DNA of 64,000 nucleotides from Nitrospirota bacterium (GTDB lineage Bacteria > Nitrospirota > Thermodesulfovibrionia > Thermodesulfovibrionales > Dissulfurispiraceae): positions 544,001 through 608,000 of the forward strand of contig CAWBMP010000005.1 of NCBI GenBank assembly GCA_963790025.1, in the 5' to 3' direction. Positions 22,315 to 33,510 of the stretch are shown one piece after another. The translations under genes and the position numbers were made by a program. The stretch's first letter is position 1, and the number at the start of each line of letters is the position of its first letter. The notes under the pieces are model-generated. The model did not search any database. It saw only the letters and a list, made by a program, of their open reading frames with translations, and was not told the origin of the DNA.

Positions 22315-22442
22315 AACCCCTCCCATCCTCGCCTCACCTCAAGGGAAGGGACAATAAAAAACAGAGGTCCCCCCTCTTGAAGGCGTGGCCCCCGATAAGT
22401 CGAAGACTTTTTGGGGTGCTGGTTGAGGGGGTGGGGGAGTTA
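22315..22442. repeat. REP-like palindromic repeat, copy 2 (hosts the 33-bp element)
   Basis: AACCCCTCC...CAAGGGAAGGGACAATAAAAAACAGAGGTCCCCCCTCTT...GGGGGAGTTA; same orientation as copy 1. Confidence 0.7.
22385..22417 (+). repeat. 33-bp GAA-loop hairpin mini-element, copy 3
   Basis: GTGGCCCCGATAAGTCGAAGACTTTTTGGGGTG. Confidence 0.75.
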
Positions 22443-24203
22443 CTCTTTGACCTTTTTCATGAAGTCGACCCATATGGGGAGCGCGGCCTCGGAACCTGAT
22501 TCTACATAGCCTATTGAGGTATGATCGTCTCTTCCGATCCATACGCCCACTGCCAGACGGTCATCGAAGCCGATGAACCATGCATCCGAATAATCATTGG
22601 TGGATCCTGTCTTGCCATAGACAGCACGGTTTATTGAAAGCGCATCTCGCGCTGTGCCGGTTTCAATCACCGCCCGCAAAAGCTCTCTCATGTTTTTAAC
22701 GAGGGGGGGGTCAAAGACATCCGTTTTAGACGGAACAGTTTTTTCGACGACATTGGCGTCTTTGTCTGCAATTGTAGTATATGGGAGGGGCCCCATTCTT
22801 TTGCCGGTCGCAAGGGTGACATAGGACGCAGTAAGGTCTAACAGCGTCACCTCACATGAACCGAGGGCAATAGACGGGTGCGGACGCAGCGGGGTACGTA
22901 TGCCGCAGCGCGCAGCGGTTTCACAGATATTTTTTAAACCTACATTCTGTGCGAGGCGAGCGGTTGCAGCATTAAGGGAAAGGGAGATAGCTGTTTTGAG
23001 CGAAACATCGCCATAATACATCCCACGATCGTTCTTCGGTGACCATACGGTCCCGGTTTCCGGGTCCTGGATGCTGATCGGCTCGTCAAGAATTCGGTCG
23101 CTGCCGGACATGCCCTGTTGCAGCGCTACTGCGTAAACAAACGGTTTGAACGCAGAGCCCGGCTGTCTCAATGCCATTGTGGCACGATTGAATTGAGATA
23201 GCCGGAAGTCCGTACCTCCCACCATCGCCTTGATATGTCCTGTTACCGTATCAATGGCGACGAGTGCTCCCTGAATTCCCGGTTTGGTCCGCAGTTCCAC
23301 CTGGCGAACTCCCTTCTTTAATACCTGTTCTGAAAGTTGCTGCATTGTTGCATCAATTGTAGAGTATATACGGAGCCCTCCGGTATAGAGCCTGTCGCCG
23401 TATTTTTTGCCGAGCTGCTGCTTGATAAATTCCATGAAATAAGGGGCCTCGTACTGGCGGTTGAAGTAAGTCTGTGCGGGGAGCGGCCAGGCAAGCGCCT
23501 TACTGTATTCTTCGTATGTTATGAATCGGCCGGACAGCATTTCATCAAGTACGATCTTTCTGCGAGCAGCGGCTTTTTCGGGGTTCTTGATCGGAGAGTA
23601 AGTATTGGGCGCTTTTTGCAATGCGGCAAGCAATGCAGATTCGGCAATCGAGAGTTCTTCGGTGGATTTGTTAAAGTAGGTCCTGGCAGCGGCCTCAATG
23701 CCGTAATTTCTCTCCCCGAAGTAAGCCAGATTAAGATACATGCCCATTATCTCATTCTTTGTGTATTTCGATTCAAGATAAACCGTTATAAACATCTCTT
23801 TCAGCTTTCTGGAGAAGTTCCTTTCAGGATCTTTTAACAGCATCTTGGCGAGCTGTTGGGTAATGGTGCTGCCACCCTCTACGACGGCATGCGCTGCGAT
23901 ATCTCTGTTCAAGGCACGCATTATTCCCCTGATATCAAATCCCCTGTGAGAATAAAACTTGCGGTCCTCTATGGCAATGAAAGCGTTTTTCACGCGGTCG
24001 GGAATTCTGCCAGGCGGTATATAATACCGCCGTTCCCTGTAGAATTCGGCAAGTGGACGGCCGTCGTCTGAAAACACGAGGACCGCATAATTATTGCTTG
24101 ATGAAATATCGGGAAGGCAGCTAAATCCGTAAACCAGGAGACCGGTAAAAAGAACGGCACATATAGCCAGCGCAATGAAAAGGCGCGATTTGAAATTTAT
24201 CAT
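22440..24203 (-). CDS. Class A penicillin-binding protein (PBP1A family)
   Basis: Transglycosylase EDRKFYSH and GGSTITQQL; transpeptidase SAFK, SLN, KTG; likely ATG 24203. Confidence 0.93.
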   Translation of the reverse strand: MINFKSRLFIALAICAVLFTGLLVYGFSCLPDISSSNNYAVLVFSDDGRPLAEFYRERRYYIPPGRIPDRVKNAFIAIEDRKFYSHRGFDIRGIMRALNRDIAAHAVVEGGSTITQQLAKMLLKDPERNFSRKLKEMFITVYLESKYTKNEIMGMYLNLAYFGERNYGIEAAARTYFNKSTEELSIAESALLAALQKAPNTYSPIKNPEKAAARRKIVLDEMLSGRFITYEEYSKALAWPLPAQTYFNRQYEAPYFMEFIKQQLGKKYGDRLYTGGLRIYSTIDATMQQLSEQVLKKGVRQVELRTKPGIQGALVAIDTVTGHIKAMVGGTDFRLSQFNRATMALRQPGSAFKPFVYAVALQQGMSGSDRILDEPISIQDPETGTVWSPKNDRGMYYGDVSLKTAISLSLNAATARLAQNVGLKNICETAARCGIRTPLRPHPSIALGSCEVTLLDLTASYVTLATGKRMGPLPYTTIADKDANVVEKTVPSKTDVFDPPLVKNMRELLRAVIETGTARDALSINRAVYGKTGSTNDYSDAWFIGFDDRLAVGVWIGRDDHTSIGYVESGSEAALPIWVDFMKKVKE

Positions 24204-24250
24204 AATCCTAATTTTAACCCAATCATAGCAAAATGGAATAAAAAAACAAC

Positions 24251-24294
24251 CGAGCACTCAAATCGCGTATGGGTTGCGTGTTGAGTGCTTGGCG
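24251..24294. repeat. Hairpin repeat shared with the interior of the 48277-48382 element
   Basis: CGAGCACTCAA...TTGAGTGCTTG; reverse complement matches CAAGCACTCAACACG...ATTTGAGCGCTCG near 48311-48351. Confidence 0.6.
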
Positions 24295-24356
24295 TTGACA
24301 ATATAGTCGTGTTCAATTTAAATTACCTGTTATATTGTAGCTGAGCAGGAGGAAAC

Positions 24357-25565
24357 GTGTCAGACAAAATCAGAGTAAAAAATCCCCTGGTTGAAATGGA
24401 TGGCGACGAGATGACCAGGATTATCTGGCGTCTTATAAAAGAAAAACTTATACAGCCTTTTTTAGATATTGACTTGCGCTATTATGACCTCGGCATTCGG
24501 CACAGGGATGAGACTGAAGACAGGGTCACGGTTGAAGCGGCCAATGCTATCAAGGAGTTCGGCGTAGGCGTCAAGTGTGCTACAATTACTCCCAATGCAG
24601 CACGTGTGAAGGAGTACGGTCTCAAAAAGCAGTGGAAAAGTCCGAACGGAACGATCCGTTCCATCCTCGACGGAACTGTATTCAGAAAGCCGATTATTCT
24701 GAAAAACATCCCGCCTGCCGTGCGCAATTGGAGGAAGCCGATCGTAATCGGGCGTCACGCCTACGGAGATATTTATAAAAACACCGAATTCATCGTTGAG
24801 GAGCCGGGAACTGCCGAACTCGTTTTTAACCCTGCTGGAGGCGGTGAGAAGATAGTGCTCAAGATCCACGATTTCGAAGGGCGGGGCGTAGTGATGGGGA
24901 TCCACAATACTGAATTATCAATCAGGAGTTTTGCACGGTCGTGCATAAACTACGCGCTCGGCGAAAAGCTGGACATATGGTTCGGATCAAAGGACACTAT
25001 ATCAAAACGGTATCATGGTTTTTTCAGGGACCTTTTTGCCGATGAAGTGGAAAAAGCCGGTGACAGACTAAAGCAGGCAGGTATACAATACCGCTATCTC
25101 CTCATTGATGATGCAGTCGCCCAGGTGATAAAGTCCGACGGCGGCATGCTGTGGGCTTGCATGAATTATGACGGCGATGTAATGTCGGATATGGTGGCGA
25201 CAGGCTTTGGAAGCCTCGGGCTCATGACATCGGTGCTCGTTTCTCCCGACGGAAAATTCGAGTTTGAAGCGGCCCATGGCACAGTTGTGAGGCATTACTA
25301 CGCGCACCTCACAGGCAAGCCCACTTCAACAAATTCTATTGCGTCTATTTTTGCGTGGACAGGAGCGCTCGCAAAACGGGGTGAGCTTGACGGTACTCCT
25401 GATGTGGCCGGCTTTGCTCATAAGCTGGAGCGTACCGTTATTGAAACAGCCGAAAGCGGGATTATGACGAAGGACCTGATGCTTATAGCAGATCCGCCTG
25501 TTGCCGAATACGCCCTTACAGGGGAGTTCATAGATGCCGTAGCGGAAAGACTAAAAATAAGGTAA
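24357..25565 (+). CDS. icd: NADP-dependent isocitrate dehydrogenase (type II)
   Basis: [40 protein letters not shown]. Confidence 0.97.
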   Translation: MSDKIRVKNPLVEMDGDEMTRIIWRLIKEKLIQPFLDIDLRYYDLGIRHRDETEDRVTVEAANAIKEFGVGVKCATITPNAARVKEYGLKKQWKSPNGTIRSILDGTVFRKPIILKNIPPAVRNWRKPIVIGRHAYGDIYKNTEFIVEEPGTAELVFNPAGGGEKIVLKIHDFEGRGVVMGIHNTELSIRSFARSCINYALGEKLDIWFGSKDTISKRYHGFFRDLFADEVEKAGDRLKQAGIQYRYLLIDDAVAQVIKSDGGMLWACMNYDGDVMSDMVATGFGSLGLMTSVLVSPDGKFEFEAAHGTVVRHYYAHLTGKPTSTNSIASIFAWTGALAKRGELDGTPDVAGFAHKLERTVIETAESGIMTKDLMLIADPPVAEYALTGEFIDAVAERLKIR

Positions 25566-25723
25566 AGGTAGAGGCAAAGGCAAAGGTAAGAAATAATTGA
25601 AATATTGAGGGTCTTGCAAAAGTCTATGTATTATTATAGAGGTCTTTATCGGGAATCCATTTATTCAAAAAATAATCCCTTCCGTTGTCTTTTTTACTTA
25701 ACCTTTATCTCTGCCTTTGCCTG
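25560..25723. repeat. Inverted pair of 6-nt tandem repeats (AGGTAA/AGGCAA type)
   Basis: AGGTAA AGGTAG AGGCAA AGGCAA AGGTAA; inverse arm 25693-25723; both flanking stop codons lie inside the arms. Confidence 0.75.
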
Positions 25724-25971
25724 TCTTCTTTGTTTTCTTCCAGTTTCCGGAGCAGGTCTTTCTTTTTGATTCTTCCCCACAGGTAGGTGCCGTCTTTGAA
25801 TTCGAATACAGGAATATCGAACCGGTATAACTCATAAAGTTCGTCGCTTGAGGTGATGTCGATGCTGCGCACCTCTATATCATATTGCTCCCTGAGTCCG
25901 TTGAGTGTTTCCTGCGCTGCATCGCACAGACAGCAGCCTTCTTTATAATAAAATGTCAACCTGACCATCAC
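25705..25971 (-). CDS. Glutaredoxin-like protein (DUF836)
   Basis: YYKEGCCLCD (CxxC), Y.FDIPV. Confidence 0.85.
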   Translation of the reverse strand: MMVRLTFYYKEGCCLCDAAQETLNGLREQYDIEVRSIDITSSDELYELYRFDIPVFEFKDGTYLWGRIKKKDLLRKLEENKEDRQRQR

Positions 25972-26194
25972 TGGGCCTCTCGTGGATGCGCGCCGAATCT
26001 AAGACAGCCATTTCGCTTTATGGATACCCCCGACAAAAGTCTCGACACTATTTTACACCAATTGAAGTAATAGGCCGCCCGTTCTGTTGCAAAATCGCCC
26101 CCGTGTTATAAGGAATGCGGCCATGGCTGTTGAAAAACGGCTGACGCTGAGATATACTATATGATTACGGATTTAATAGTGGAGGCTTGAAAAG

Positions 26195-28231
26195 ATGGCA
26201 AAATTGGAAGGTTTTACATTACTTGGTAACGTATCTCTGGGCAAACGAATTGCCCTTGTATGTGCTATTTCCGTACTCATTGTTTTTTTGGCAGGTGGCA
26301 TCATTACGTCGCTTGTCCTCGGTAAAAAGCTTTACCGGGAGTCGCTTGCCAGTATCACGAATCAGGCAAATATAATTTATGATATGGTGGCTTTTTTTGA
26401 CGAGACTGCACGCCGCAGTGCTGAAGAGACGTCCAACATCTTTATTTCAGAGGTTTCGGGTCCGGTGACTGTTAATCCGGCCAATATCATCAAAATTGGT
26501 TCGGCGGATACTCCGGAGATGAGGATCAATGGAAAGATCTTTAACCAGTCGTTTGGCGAAGTCGACAGGTTCACAAAGCTTACCAGCGGGGCCGTAGCTA
26601 CAATCTTTGCCAGGAAGGGTGATGACTTCTACCGTATTACGACATCTCTCAAAAAAGAGGATGGCTCCAGGGCAGTTGGAACGACCCTCGATAAAAAACA
26701 TCCCGCATATCCATTATTGCTCAAGGGTGAAATATATTTGGGTAAAGCAAAGCTCTTCGGGAAATATTATATGACAAAATATACTCCGATAAAGGATGCG
26801 TCCGGCAACGTAATAGGCTGCTATTTTGTAGGGCTGGACATCACCGACCAAATGCAGGGAATTGGTACCGTAATAAAGTCTATCAAGATCGGTGACAGCG
26901 GGTATTTTTTTGCGCTTAACGGGAAAGGGGACATGGAAATCCATCCGACCCTCGAAGGCAAGAACGTTATTGATATGAAAGACGCCGATGGCAAAGAGCT
27001 GTTCAAAGACATTATCGCAGCTAAGAAAGGAACTATCGATTACGATTGGAAAGACAAAGACGGTGTAGTGCGGGCGAAAACGGTTGCTTTTGTGTATTTC
27101 AAGAATTGGGACCTGTACATCTGCGCCAGTGCTTACGATAGCGAAGTCCGGGGAGGGGCGACGAAGACGAGAAATACATTGGTTGTTCTTATCCTCTTCG
27201 GCTCGGTGATCGTAAGTTTTGTCATTCTGGCCGCCACAAACAGGAGCCTTGCGGGGCTCAGGATTCTGGCTGAAAAGGTCCGCCTGATATCCAAAGGAGA
27301 CCTGACTGTCACGATAGAGTCGCATAAGAATGACGAGGTCGGCAAGATATCCAAAGATATGGCCGAAATGACCGGGAACCTTAAACGCATGGTCAGCGAT
27401 ATTAAAACGGCCTCCGAAAGCGTTGCCTCAGGCAGTGAACAGCTCAGTGCCAGCTCGGAAGAAATCTCGAGGACCCTGACAGACCAGTCGGGCAGGGCAA
27501 CGCAGATCGCTACCGCGGCAGATGAGATGTCTCAAACAATTATGGATGTGGCAAAGAACACCTCGAATATCGCTTCCGCGGTGACCGAAACAGCTAACAG
27601 GGCAAAGGAGGGCGCGGAAGTTGTCGAAAAGTCGGTAGCTGAAGCCAGAAATGTCACGGAAACTGTTGGCGCATCAGCGTCTGTCATACAAACCCTTGGT
27701 GAAAAATCCAAGGAGATAGGAGATATTATCGTCGTGATCAAAGACATTGCCGATCAGACCAATCTCCTTGCACTCAATGCTGCCATTGAAGCTGCGAGGG
27801 CTGGGGAACAAGGCCGGGGATTCGCTGTCGTTGCGGATGAAGTTCGCAAACTTGCGGAAAGGACTGGAACGGCAACTGCAAAAATCAACGAAATGATAAT
27901 GTCCATCCAGTCGGAAGTCGACTCTGCCGTATCGGCAATGAATAAAACCAGTGACCAGGTCGAGGTTGGGCTCCGATATTCGATTAAAGCCGGAGAGCAG
28001 CTGAACAGCATTGTGCAGAGTGTCAGTCAGCTTGAAGGCATGGCGCAGCAAATCGCTTCTGCCACTGAGGAGATGTCCACCACATCGGAAACCATCAGCG
28101 GAGATGTGCAGGGAGTTGCGAGCGCTTCCAAGGAAATCTCAGATGGTTCGGAACAGATAGCCCGATCGTCTTCGGAACTGGCGAACCTTGCCGGAAAACT
28201 CAAGATAATAGTAGAACAGTTCAAGATATAA
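26195..28231 (+). CDS. Methyl-accepting chemotaxis protein with tandem Cache domains
   Basis: TM-Cache-Cache-[43 protein letters not shown]. Confidence 0.96.
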   Translation: MAKLEGFTLLGNVSLGKRIALVCAISVLIVFLAGGIITSLVLGKKLYRESLASITNQANIIYDMVAFFDETARRSAEETSNIFISEVSGPVTVNPANIIKIGSADTPEMRINGKIFNQSFGEVDRFTKLTSGAVATIFARKGDDFYRITTSLKKEDGSRAVGTTLDKKHPAYPLLLKGEIYLGKAKLFGKYYMTKYTPIKDASGNVIGCYFVGLDITDQMQGIGTVIKSIKIGDSGYFFALNGKGDMEIHPTLEGKNVIDMKDADGKELFKDIIAAKKGTIDYDWKDKDGVVRAKTVAFVYFKNWDLYICASAYDSEVRGGATKTRNTLVVLILFGSVIVSFVILAATNRSLAGLRILAEKVRLISKGDLTVTIESHKNDEVGKISKDMAEMTGNLKRMVSDIKTASESVASGSEQLSASSEEISRTLTDQSGRATQIATAADEMSQTIMDVAKNTSNIASAVTETANRAKEGAEVVEKSVAEARNVTETVGASASVIQTLGEKSKEIGDIIVVIKDIADQTNLLALNAAIEAARAGEQGRGFAVVADEVRKLAERTGTATAKINEMIMSIQSEVDSAVSAMNKTSDQVEVGLRYSIKAGEQLNSIVQSVSQLEGMAQQIASATEEMSTTSETISGDVQGVASASKEISDGSEQIARSSSELANLAGKLKIIVEQFKI

Positions 28232-28238
28232 AAAAATC

Positions 28239-28278
28239 AGGTAGAGGTAAAGGTTGAGGTAAAGAACCTTTACCTCTG
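28239..28278. repeat. Inverted pair of 6-nt tandem repeats
   Basis: AGGTAG AGGTAA AGGTTG AGGTAA followed by ACCTTTACCTCTG; contains the hydrolase stop codon. Confidence 0.7.
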
Positions 28279-29088
28279 TTTTGTCTCCTGAAATATGCCG
28301 CTCAGAAACATGTTCAGTTCTTCCCAGGACTTCCTGTCTGCATCGGCATTGTAACCGAGGGGCAGGTTGTATTTCTTTGAATATGTATCGGCCTCAGGAT
28401 TCGTGAAGCCATGCATGGCGCCTGGATACGAGATGAAGCGGTAGTCAGCTCCGGCAGCTTTCATTTCCAGCTTGAATGCCTCAATCTGTTCAGTGGTAAT
28501 GAACTTGTCATCCGCCCCGTGCAGCACAAGTATTTTTGCCTTGACCGTGCCTGGTTGCGCTGGCTTGACCGGCGTAAGGCTTCCGTGGAAGCTTGCAACG
28601 CCTTTAAGGTCCACGCCCTGCCGCGCCATATTGAGGACGATACCGCCGCCGAAACAATAGCCGATGGCGGCAATACGGGCCGGATCGACGGTGGGCTGCT
28701 TTTTCAAATACTCCAGCGCGGCCATGAACCGTGTTTTTGCCACATCAAAATTCTTCATGAGCCCGGAAGAGAATTTTCCTGCATCTTCGGGATGCAAGGC
28801 CTGTCTGCCTTCGCCATACATATCTAAAGCGAGCGCCGTATAACCCAGTTCAGCCAGCATACGGGCGCGCATACGGGTATAGTCGTTAAGCCCCCACCAT
28901 TCGTGGACGACCAATACGCCCGGACGTCTTCCTCTTATGCTGTCGTCATAGGCCAGATAGCCCTTCATTCCTACACCGGAAGCGCTATACTCGACAACCA
29001 TCCCCTTGATTTGAGGACCGGCATATGCTATTTCTGACAGTATCATTGTCACGGCAATAACGAGCACACCTAAAGCGAATCGTTTCAT
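28270..29088 (-). CDS. Dienelactone hydrolase family protein, secreted
   Basis: Signal peptide, HEWWG, GYCFGG, HGADD, HGFTNP. Confidence 0.93.
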   Translation of the reverse strand: MKRFALGVLVIAVTMILSEIAYAGPQIKGMVVEYSASGVGMKGYLAYDDSIRGRRPGVLVVHEWWGLNDYTRMRARMLAELGYTALALDMYGEGRQALHPEDAGKFSSGLMKNFDVAKTRFMAALEYLKKQPTVDPARIAAIGYCFGGGIVLNMARQGVDLKGVASFHGSLTPVKPAQPGTVKAKILVLHGADDKFITTEQIEAFKLEMKAAGADYRFISYPGAMHGFTNPEADTYSKKYNLPLGYNADADRKSWEELNMFLSGIFQETKQR

Positions 29089-29386
29089 GGGAGCCTCCCT
29101 TAATTGATAATTTTAAATTTTGAATCCTAAATATGAAATCAATGAAAAAATGCTTGATTTAACATTAATACTGGGTATCGCATTCTTCATTTTTTAATTA
29201 TATATCACATTTTTGAATCTGCTTCACATTATTTCCAAACCCGTACCCCTATAATAAGGCAGGGGGATATTATAGCCTTTCAAAATGTAAGGACGATCAT
29301 TACTTTTTTTAATGCTCTTCTGCCACTGCCTTGCTAAGCTCCTATAAAATACCATTATTCTAATGTCTTTTGAATATTATAGTTAA

Positions 29387-29402
29387 TGGCATCGTATTTG
29401 CT
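29387..29402 (+). promoter_or_regulatory. Sigma-54 (-24/-12) promoter of the kdp operon
   Basis: TGGCATCGTATTTGCT, GG-N10-GC spacing; GAFTGA activator encoded in the same operon. Confidence 0.75.
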
Positions 29403-29454
29403 TTCTTCCAACAGTGTGTTATCATAACAAGCGTCCCATTCAGAGTCAAATAAA

Positions 29455-29557
29455 GCATAGGCACAGGTAAAGGTAGAGTTAGAGGAAAAGCTATAAAGGA
29501 ATCTGTTTTATTTTCTTTATTTTCACTTAGCTTTAACCTCAACCTTTGCATTTACCT
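29455..29557. repeat. Inverted pair of 6-nt tandem repeats in the kdp leader
   Basis: AGGTAA AGGTAG AGTTAG AGGAAA; inverse TTTAAC CTCAAC CTTTGC ATTTAC CT. Confidence 0.7.
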
Positions 29558-29580
29558 ATGTTTTTAAGGAGGGTTGAGTT

Positions 29581-29667
29581 ATGTACGATGCAGCAATGGC
29601 AGGGCTTATTATTGTGCTCTTTGCAGCGGCATTGTCCTTTGTCAATGGCTGCTTAAAACTGAAGTAA
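29581..29667 (+). CDS. 28-aa hydrophobic peptide upstream of kdpF
   Basis: MYDAAMAGLIIVLFAAALSFVNGCLKLK; AAGGAG RBS upstream; single TM segment. Confidence 0.65.
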   Translation: MYDAAMAGLIIVLFAAALSFVNGCLKLK

Positions 29668-29679
29668 AAGAGGTGAAAG

Positions 29680-29760
29680 ATGGATATAGTTTTTCTTGTA
29701 ATTTCGATTGGGATATTTGTGTATTTGCTTTACACACTCATTAAAGCGGAGGAGTTCTAA
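29680..29760 (+). CDS. kdpF: K+-transporting ATPase subunit F
   Basis: MDIVFLVISIGIFVYLLYTLIKAEEF, GAGGTG RBS, TAATG coupling to kdpA. Confidence 0.88.
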   Translation: MDIVFLVISIGIFVYLLYTLIKAEEF

Positions 29761-31463
29761 TGACTATTCGTGACTATCTGGAGCTCGGCCTTTACATAGG
29801 GCTGATTTTTTTGGTAACCAAGCCTATGGGAATCTATCTGGAGCGGGTTTTTGACGGCGCTCCCCATCCCCTCGGTAGGGTCATGGGCTGGCTCGAACGG
29901 CTCATCTACCGGCTCGGAGGAATAGATCCCGATGAAGGGCAGCCCTGGACACGGTACACCCGTGATCTTTTGGCACTCAGTATTGTATCGTTATTCTTTA
30001 CCTATGCCATTCTGCGGCTTCAGCATCTTTTGCCGCTTAATCCTCAGAAATTCGCTCCGCTTTCGCCGGACTCGGCCTTTCAAATAGCGATTAGCTTCAC
30101 TACGAACACAAACTGGCAATTCTACACCGGGGAAAGCACAATGAGTTATCTTTCCCAAATGGTGGCGCTGGTAATACATAATTTCTTTTCCGCGGCGGTG
30201 GGTATCGCCGCTGCTGTCGCGGTTATCCGCGGGATTGCGTCTAAAGGGAAGGCGAGCCTCGGTAATTTCTGGGCCGATTTTGTCCGGTGCAATCTTTACA
30301 TATTATTGCCTATTTCCTTTATCTATGCCCTCTTTCTGGTTTCCCAGGGAGTTATACAGAACTTCAAACCGTACGTTGCCGCGACCACACTGGAAGGTGT
30401 CAAGCAGCTTATAGCCATGGGGCCTGCCGCCTCTCAGTTGTCGATAAAAATGTTGGGTACTAACGGGGGAGGGTTCTTTAATGCAAATGCCGCACACCCC
30501 TTTGAAAACCCCACCGCTCTCTCCAATTTTGTACAGATGTTCTCTATGTTTCTTATCCCCAGTGGGCTTGTCTACCTGTTGGGCAGGAAGGTGAACAGTA
30601 CAAAACATGCCTGGTCCGTATGGGCGGCGATGGCTATTCTGTTTATTGTCGGCATACTTGTCTGTGCCAACGCTGAATACCGCGGCAATCCGCTGCTCAC
30701 CCAACTCGGAAGCTCGTCGCATGTGAATATGGAAGGCAAGGAAGTGCGGTTCGGCATATTCGATTCAGCACTGTTCGCCACCATCACCACCGATGCTTCT
30801 TGTGGGGCCGTTAATGCGATGCATGACAGCTTCACTCCTCTTGGGGGGCTGGTCCCGCTTTTCAATATAAAGTTGGGTGAAATTATTTTCGGCGGGGTCG
30901 GAGCCGGGCTCTATGGCATGGTGCTCTTTATAGTGCTAACCATATTCATCTCAGGCCTGATGGTAGGCCGCACACCGGAGTACCAGGGTAAGAAGATCGA
31001 GGGACGCGAGGTCAAATATGCCATGCTGTCCTTAATTATGGGTGCTCTATCCATACTCGGATTCTCGGCGTGGGCCAGTCTCGACTACAGGGGACTCGCA
31101 GGGCTTTCCAATGCGGGCCCGCACGGTTTGTCCGAGATCTTGTACGCGTATGCTTCGGCTACCGGGAACAACGGGAGCGCTTTTGCAGGGTTGAACGGAA
31201 ACACCTTCTTCAACATAACCATGGGAATTGCCATGATGATGGGTCGCTTTTTCATGATGATACCGGTCCTGGCAATAGCAGGCTCCCTTGCTGAAAAAAA
31301 GATCCATCCTGAAGGGGAGGGGACGTTCCCTGCACATGGAGTTCTGTTTACCCTGCTTTTGATAGGCGTAATTATTATTGTGGGAGCGCTCACTTTTTTT
31401 CCGACACTGTCTTTGGGACCCATTGCAGAGCACTTTGAAATGCTCCGCGGAAAATTGTTTTAG
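29760..31463 (+). CDS. kdpA: K+-transporting ATPase subunit A
   Basis: SFTTNTNWQ, LGTNGGG, SCGAVN, NNGSAFAG. Confidence 0.98.
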   Translation: MTIRDYLELGLYIGLIFLVTKPMGIYLERVFDGAPHPLGRVMGWLERLIYRLGGIDPDEGQPWTRYTRDLLALSIVSLFFTYAILRLQHLLPLNPQKFAPLSPDSAFQIAISFTTNTNWQFYTGESTMSYLSQMVALVIHNFFSAAVGIAAAVAVIRGIASKGKASLGNFWADFVRCNLYILLPISFIYALFLVSQGVIQNFKPYVAATTLEGVKQLIAMGPAASQLSIKMLGTNGGGFFNANAAHPFENPTALSNFVQMFSMFLIPSGLVYLLGRKVNSTKHAWSVWAAMAILFIVGILVCANAEYRGNPLLTQLGSSSHVNMEGKEVRFGIFDSALFATITTDASCGAVNAMHDSFTPLGGLVPLFNIKLGEIIFGGVGAGLYGMVLFIVLTIFISGLMVGRTPEYQGKKIEGREVKYAMLSLIMGALSILGFSAWASLDYRGLAGLSNAGPHGLSEILYAYASATGNNGSAFAGLNGNTFFNITMGIAMMMGRFFMMIPVLAIAGSLAEKKIHPEGEGTFPAHGVLFTLLLIGVIIIVGALTFFPTLSLGPIAEHFEMLRGKLF

Positions 31464-31479
31464 GGGGGGTTGTATATAA

Positions 31480-33510
31480 ATGGCTAAGCCGTCGGCAGTA
31501 GCAGCATTTGAATCAAACATAATGCGCAAAGCGGTCCTGGATGCTTTAAAAAAGCTCAGTCCCGGGGTGCTTTATAAGAATCCAGTGATGTTTGTAGTTG
31601 AAATCGTGAGCGTTATGACCACGGTCTCTTTTTTCAGTGATCTGTTTTCAAACTCCGGCAATGCCCTATTTACCGGACAAATCAGCGCCTGGCTCTGGTT
31701 TACAGTCCTATTTGCAAATTTTGCAGAGGCCCTTGCAGAAGGCCGTGGAAAGGCCCAGGCTGAGACCTTGAGAAAGGCCCGGCGGGACACCCAGGCCGTT
31801 GTCCGGAAACCGGACGGAAGTACGGAGACAATCGCCTCCTCAATGCTTAAAAAAGGCGATATTGTGATAGTCAGCACCGGACAAGCTATTCCGGGCGACG
31901 GTACAGTGATAGACGGAGTGGCGCTGGTGGACGAATCAGCCATTACAGGTGAGTCTGCACCTGTGATCCGGGAAGCCGGGGGAGACCGCAGCGCAGTGAC
32001 CGGCGGAACTACGGTGCTGTCCGATCAGATTATCATTCAGATTACGCAGGAGCCCGGCAAATCTTTTCTCGATCGCATGATCGCGCTGGTGGAAGGTGCG
32101 GTGCGGCAGAAGACGCCCAATGAGATAGCCCTGAGCATCATGCTTTCCGGGCTTACCATAGTATTTCTTCTCGCTGTAGTCACCCTTAAGCCGTTTGCCA
32201 TGTATAGCAAAGCTGAGGCCTCCATGGTCATTCTTGTTGCCCTGCTTGTTTGCCTGATCCCTACAACTATCGGAGGGCTCCTTTCAGCTATCGGTATTGC
32301 CGGCATGGACAGGCTGGTCAGAAGAAATATCCTTGCCACATCGGGCCGGGCGGTGGAGGCAGCCGGCAACATCGATGTGCTGATTCTGGACAAGACCGGG
32401 ACAATTACGGTTGGCAACCGGATGGCAACGGAGTTCATGCCGGCCACGGGTGTGAGCGAAAGGGAGCTTTCAGAGGCGGCTTGCCTTGCGTCGGCATGCG
32501 ACCTCACTCCGGAGGGCAGGTCCATTGTCACACTTGGTGAACAAAAAGGCGTGAAGGCAATTTGCCCTGCGGATGCCCAACTTATTCCTTTTACAGCAGA
32601 AACGAGGATGAGCGGAGTGGAATTTGGAAGCACGTCGATCAGGAAAGGCGCTATGGACGCTATAGCAACCTGGCTCAAAGGAAACAGTGGAGTGTTGCCT
32701 CCTGAAGTCCAAAAGTCGGTTGAGAAAATTGCTGAATCAGGCGGCACGCCCCTTGTTGTTGCCAATAAGGAAAAAGCGTTAGGCGTCATATTCCTCAAGG
32801 ACGTAGTCAAACCGGGCATTGCAGACCGTTTTGCACGTATACGGGCCATGGGGATCCGTACCATAATGATTACTGGAGACAACCGTCTTACCGCGGCAGC
32901 TATTGCCAAGGAAGCGGGCGTTGACGATTTTCTGGCTGAAGCTACTCCGGAAGACAAGCTTAAGCTTATCCGTTCGATCCAGCAGGAAGGGAGGCTGGTA
33001 GCTATGAGTGGTGACGGCACCAACGATGCGCCTGCCCTCGCTCAGTCTGACGTGGGGCTTGTCATGAATACAGGCACCCAGGCGGCGCGCGAGGCGGGAA
33101 ATATGATCGACCTCGATTCCGATCCCACAAAAATCATCGACGTGGTCGAAATCGGCAAGCAGTTGCTCATCACGCGGGGGTCCCTTACCACCTTCAGCAT
33201 TGCGAACGATGTTGCAAAGTACTTTGCAATCATTCCTGCAATGTTTATGATTGCCTATCCGGGTCTCAAGGCGCTTAATATAATGGGACTCGCGAGTTCA
33301 GAAAGCGCTATATTATCGGCGGTAATATTCAATGCCCTGATCATCATCGGTTTAATACCGCTTGCATTGAAGGGCGTAGCCTACCGCCCGCAATCCGCTG
33401 TAAAAATACTGCGCTACAATGTGTTGGTTTACGGGTTAGGAGGCATCATAGCCCCCTTTATAGGCATAAAAATCATCGATATGCTTATCAGCATGCTTCA
33501 TATGGCGTAA
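31480..33510 (+). CDS. kdpB: K+-transporting ATPase subunit B
   Basis: TGES, LIPTTIG, DKTGT, GDGTND. Confidence 0.98.
   Translation: MAKPSAVAAFESNIMRKAVLDALKKLSPGVLYKNPVMFVVEIVSVMTTVSFFSDLFSNSGNALFTGQISAWLWFTVLFANFAEALAEGRGKAQAETLRKARRDTQAVVRKPDGSTETIASSMLKKGDIVIVSTGQAIPGDGTVIDGVALVDESAITGESAPVIREAGGDRSAVTGGTTVLSDQIIIQITQEPGKSFLDRMIALVEGAVRQKTPNEIALSIMLSGLTIVFLLAVVTLKPFAMYSKAEASMVILVALLVCLIPTTIGGLLSAIGIAGMDRLVRRNILATSGRAVEAAGNIDVLILDKTGTITVGNRMATEFMPATGVSERELSEAACLASACDLTPEGRSIVTLGEQKGVKAICPADAQLIPFTAETRMSGVEFGSTSIRKGAMDAIATWLKGNSGVLPPEVQKSVEKIAESGGTPLVVANKEKALGVIFLKDVVKPGIADRFARIRAMGIRTIMITGDNRLTAAAIAKEAGVDDFLAEATPEDKLKLIRSIQQEGRLVAMSGDGTNDAPALAQSDVGLVMNTGTQAAREAGNMIDLDSDPTKIIDVVEIGKQLLITRGSLTTFSIANDVAKYFAIIPAMFMIAYPGLKALNIMGLASSESAILSAVIFNALIIIGLIPLALKGVAYRPQSAVKILRYNVLVYGLGGIIAPFIGIKIIDMLISMLHMA

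Noticed and set aside
29360..29551. 63-aa minus-strand ORF in the kdp leader
   Set aside because: Product of the 6-nt repeat arms (RLRLKL, PLTLPLP), with no RBS.
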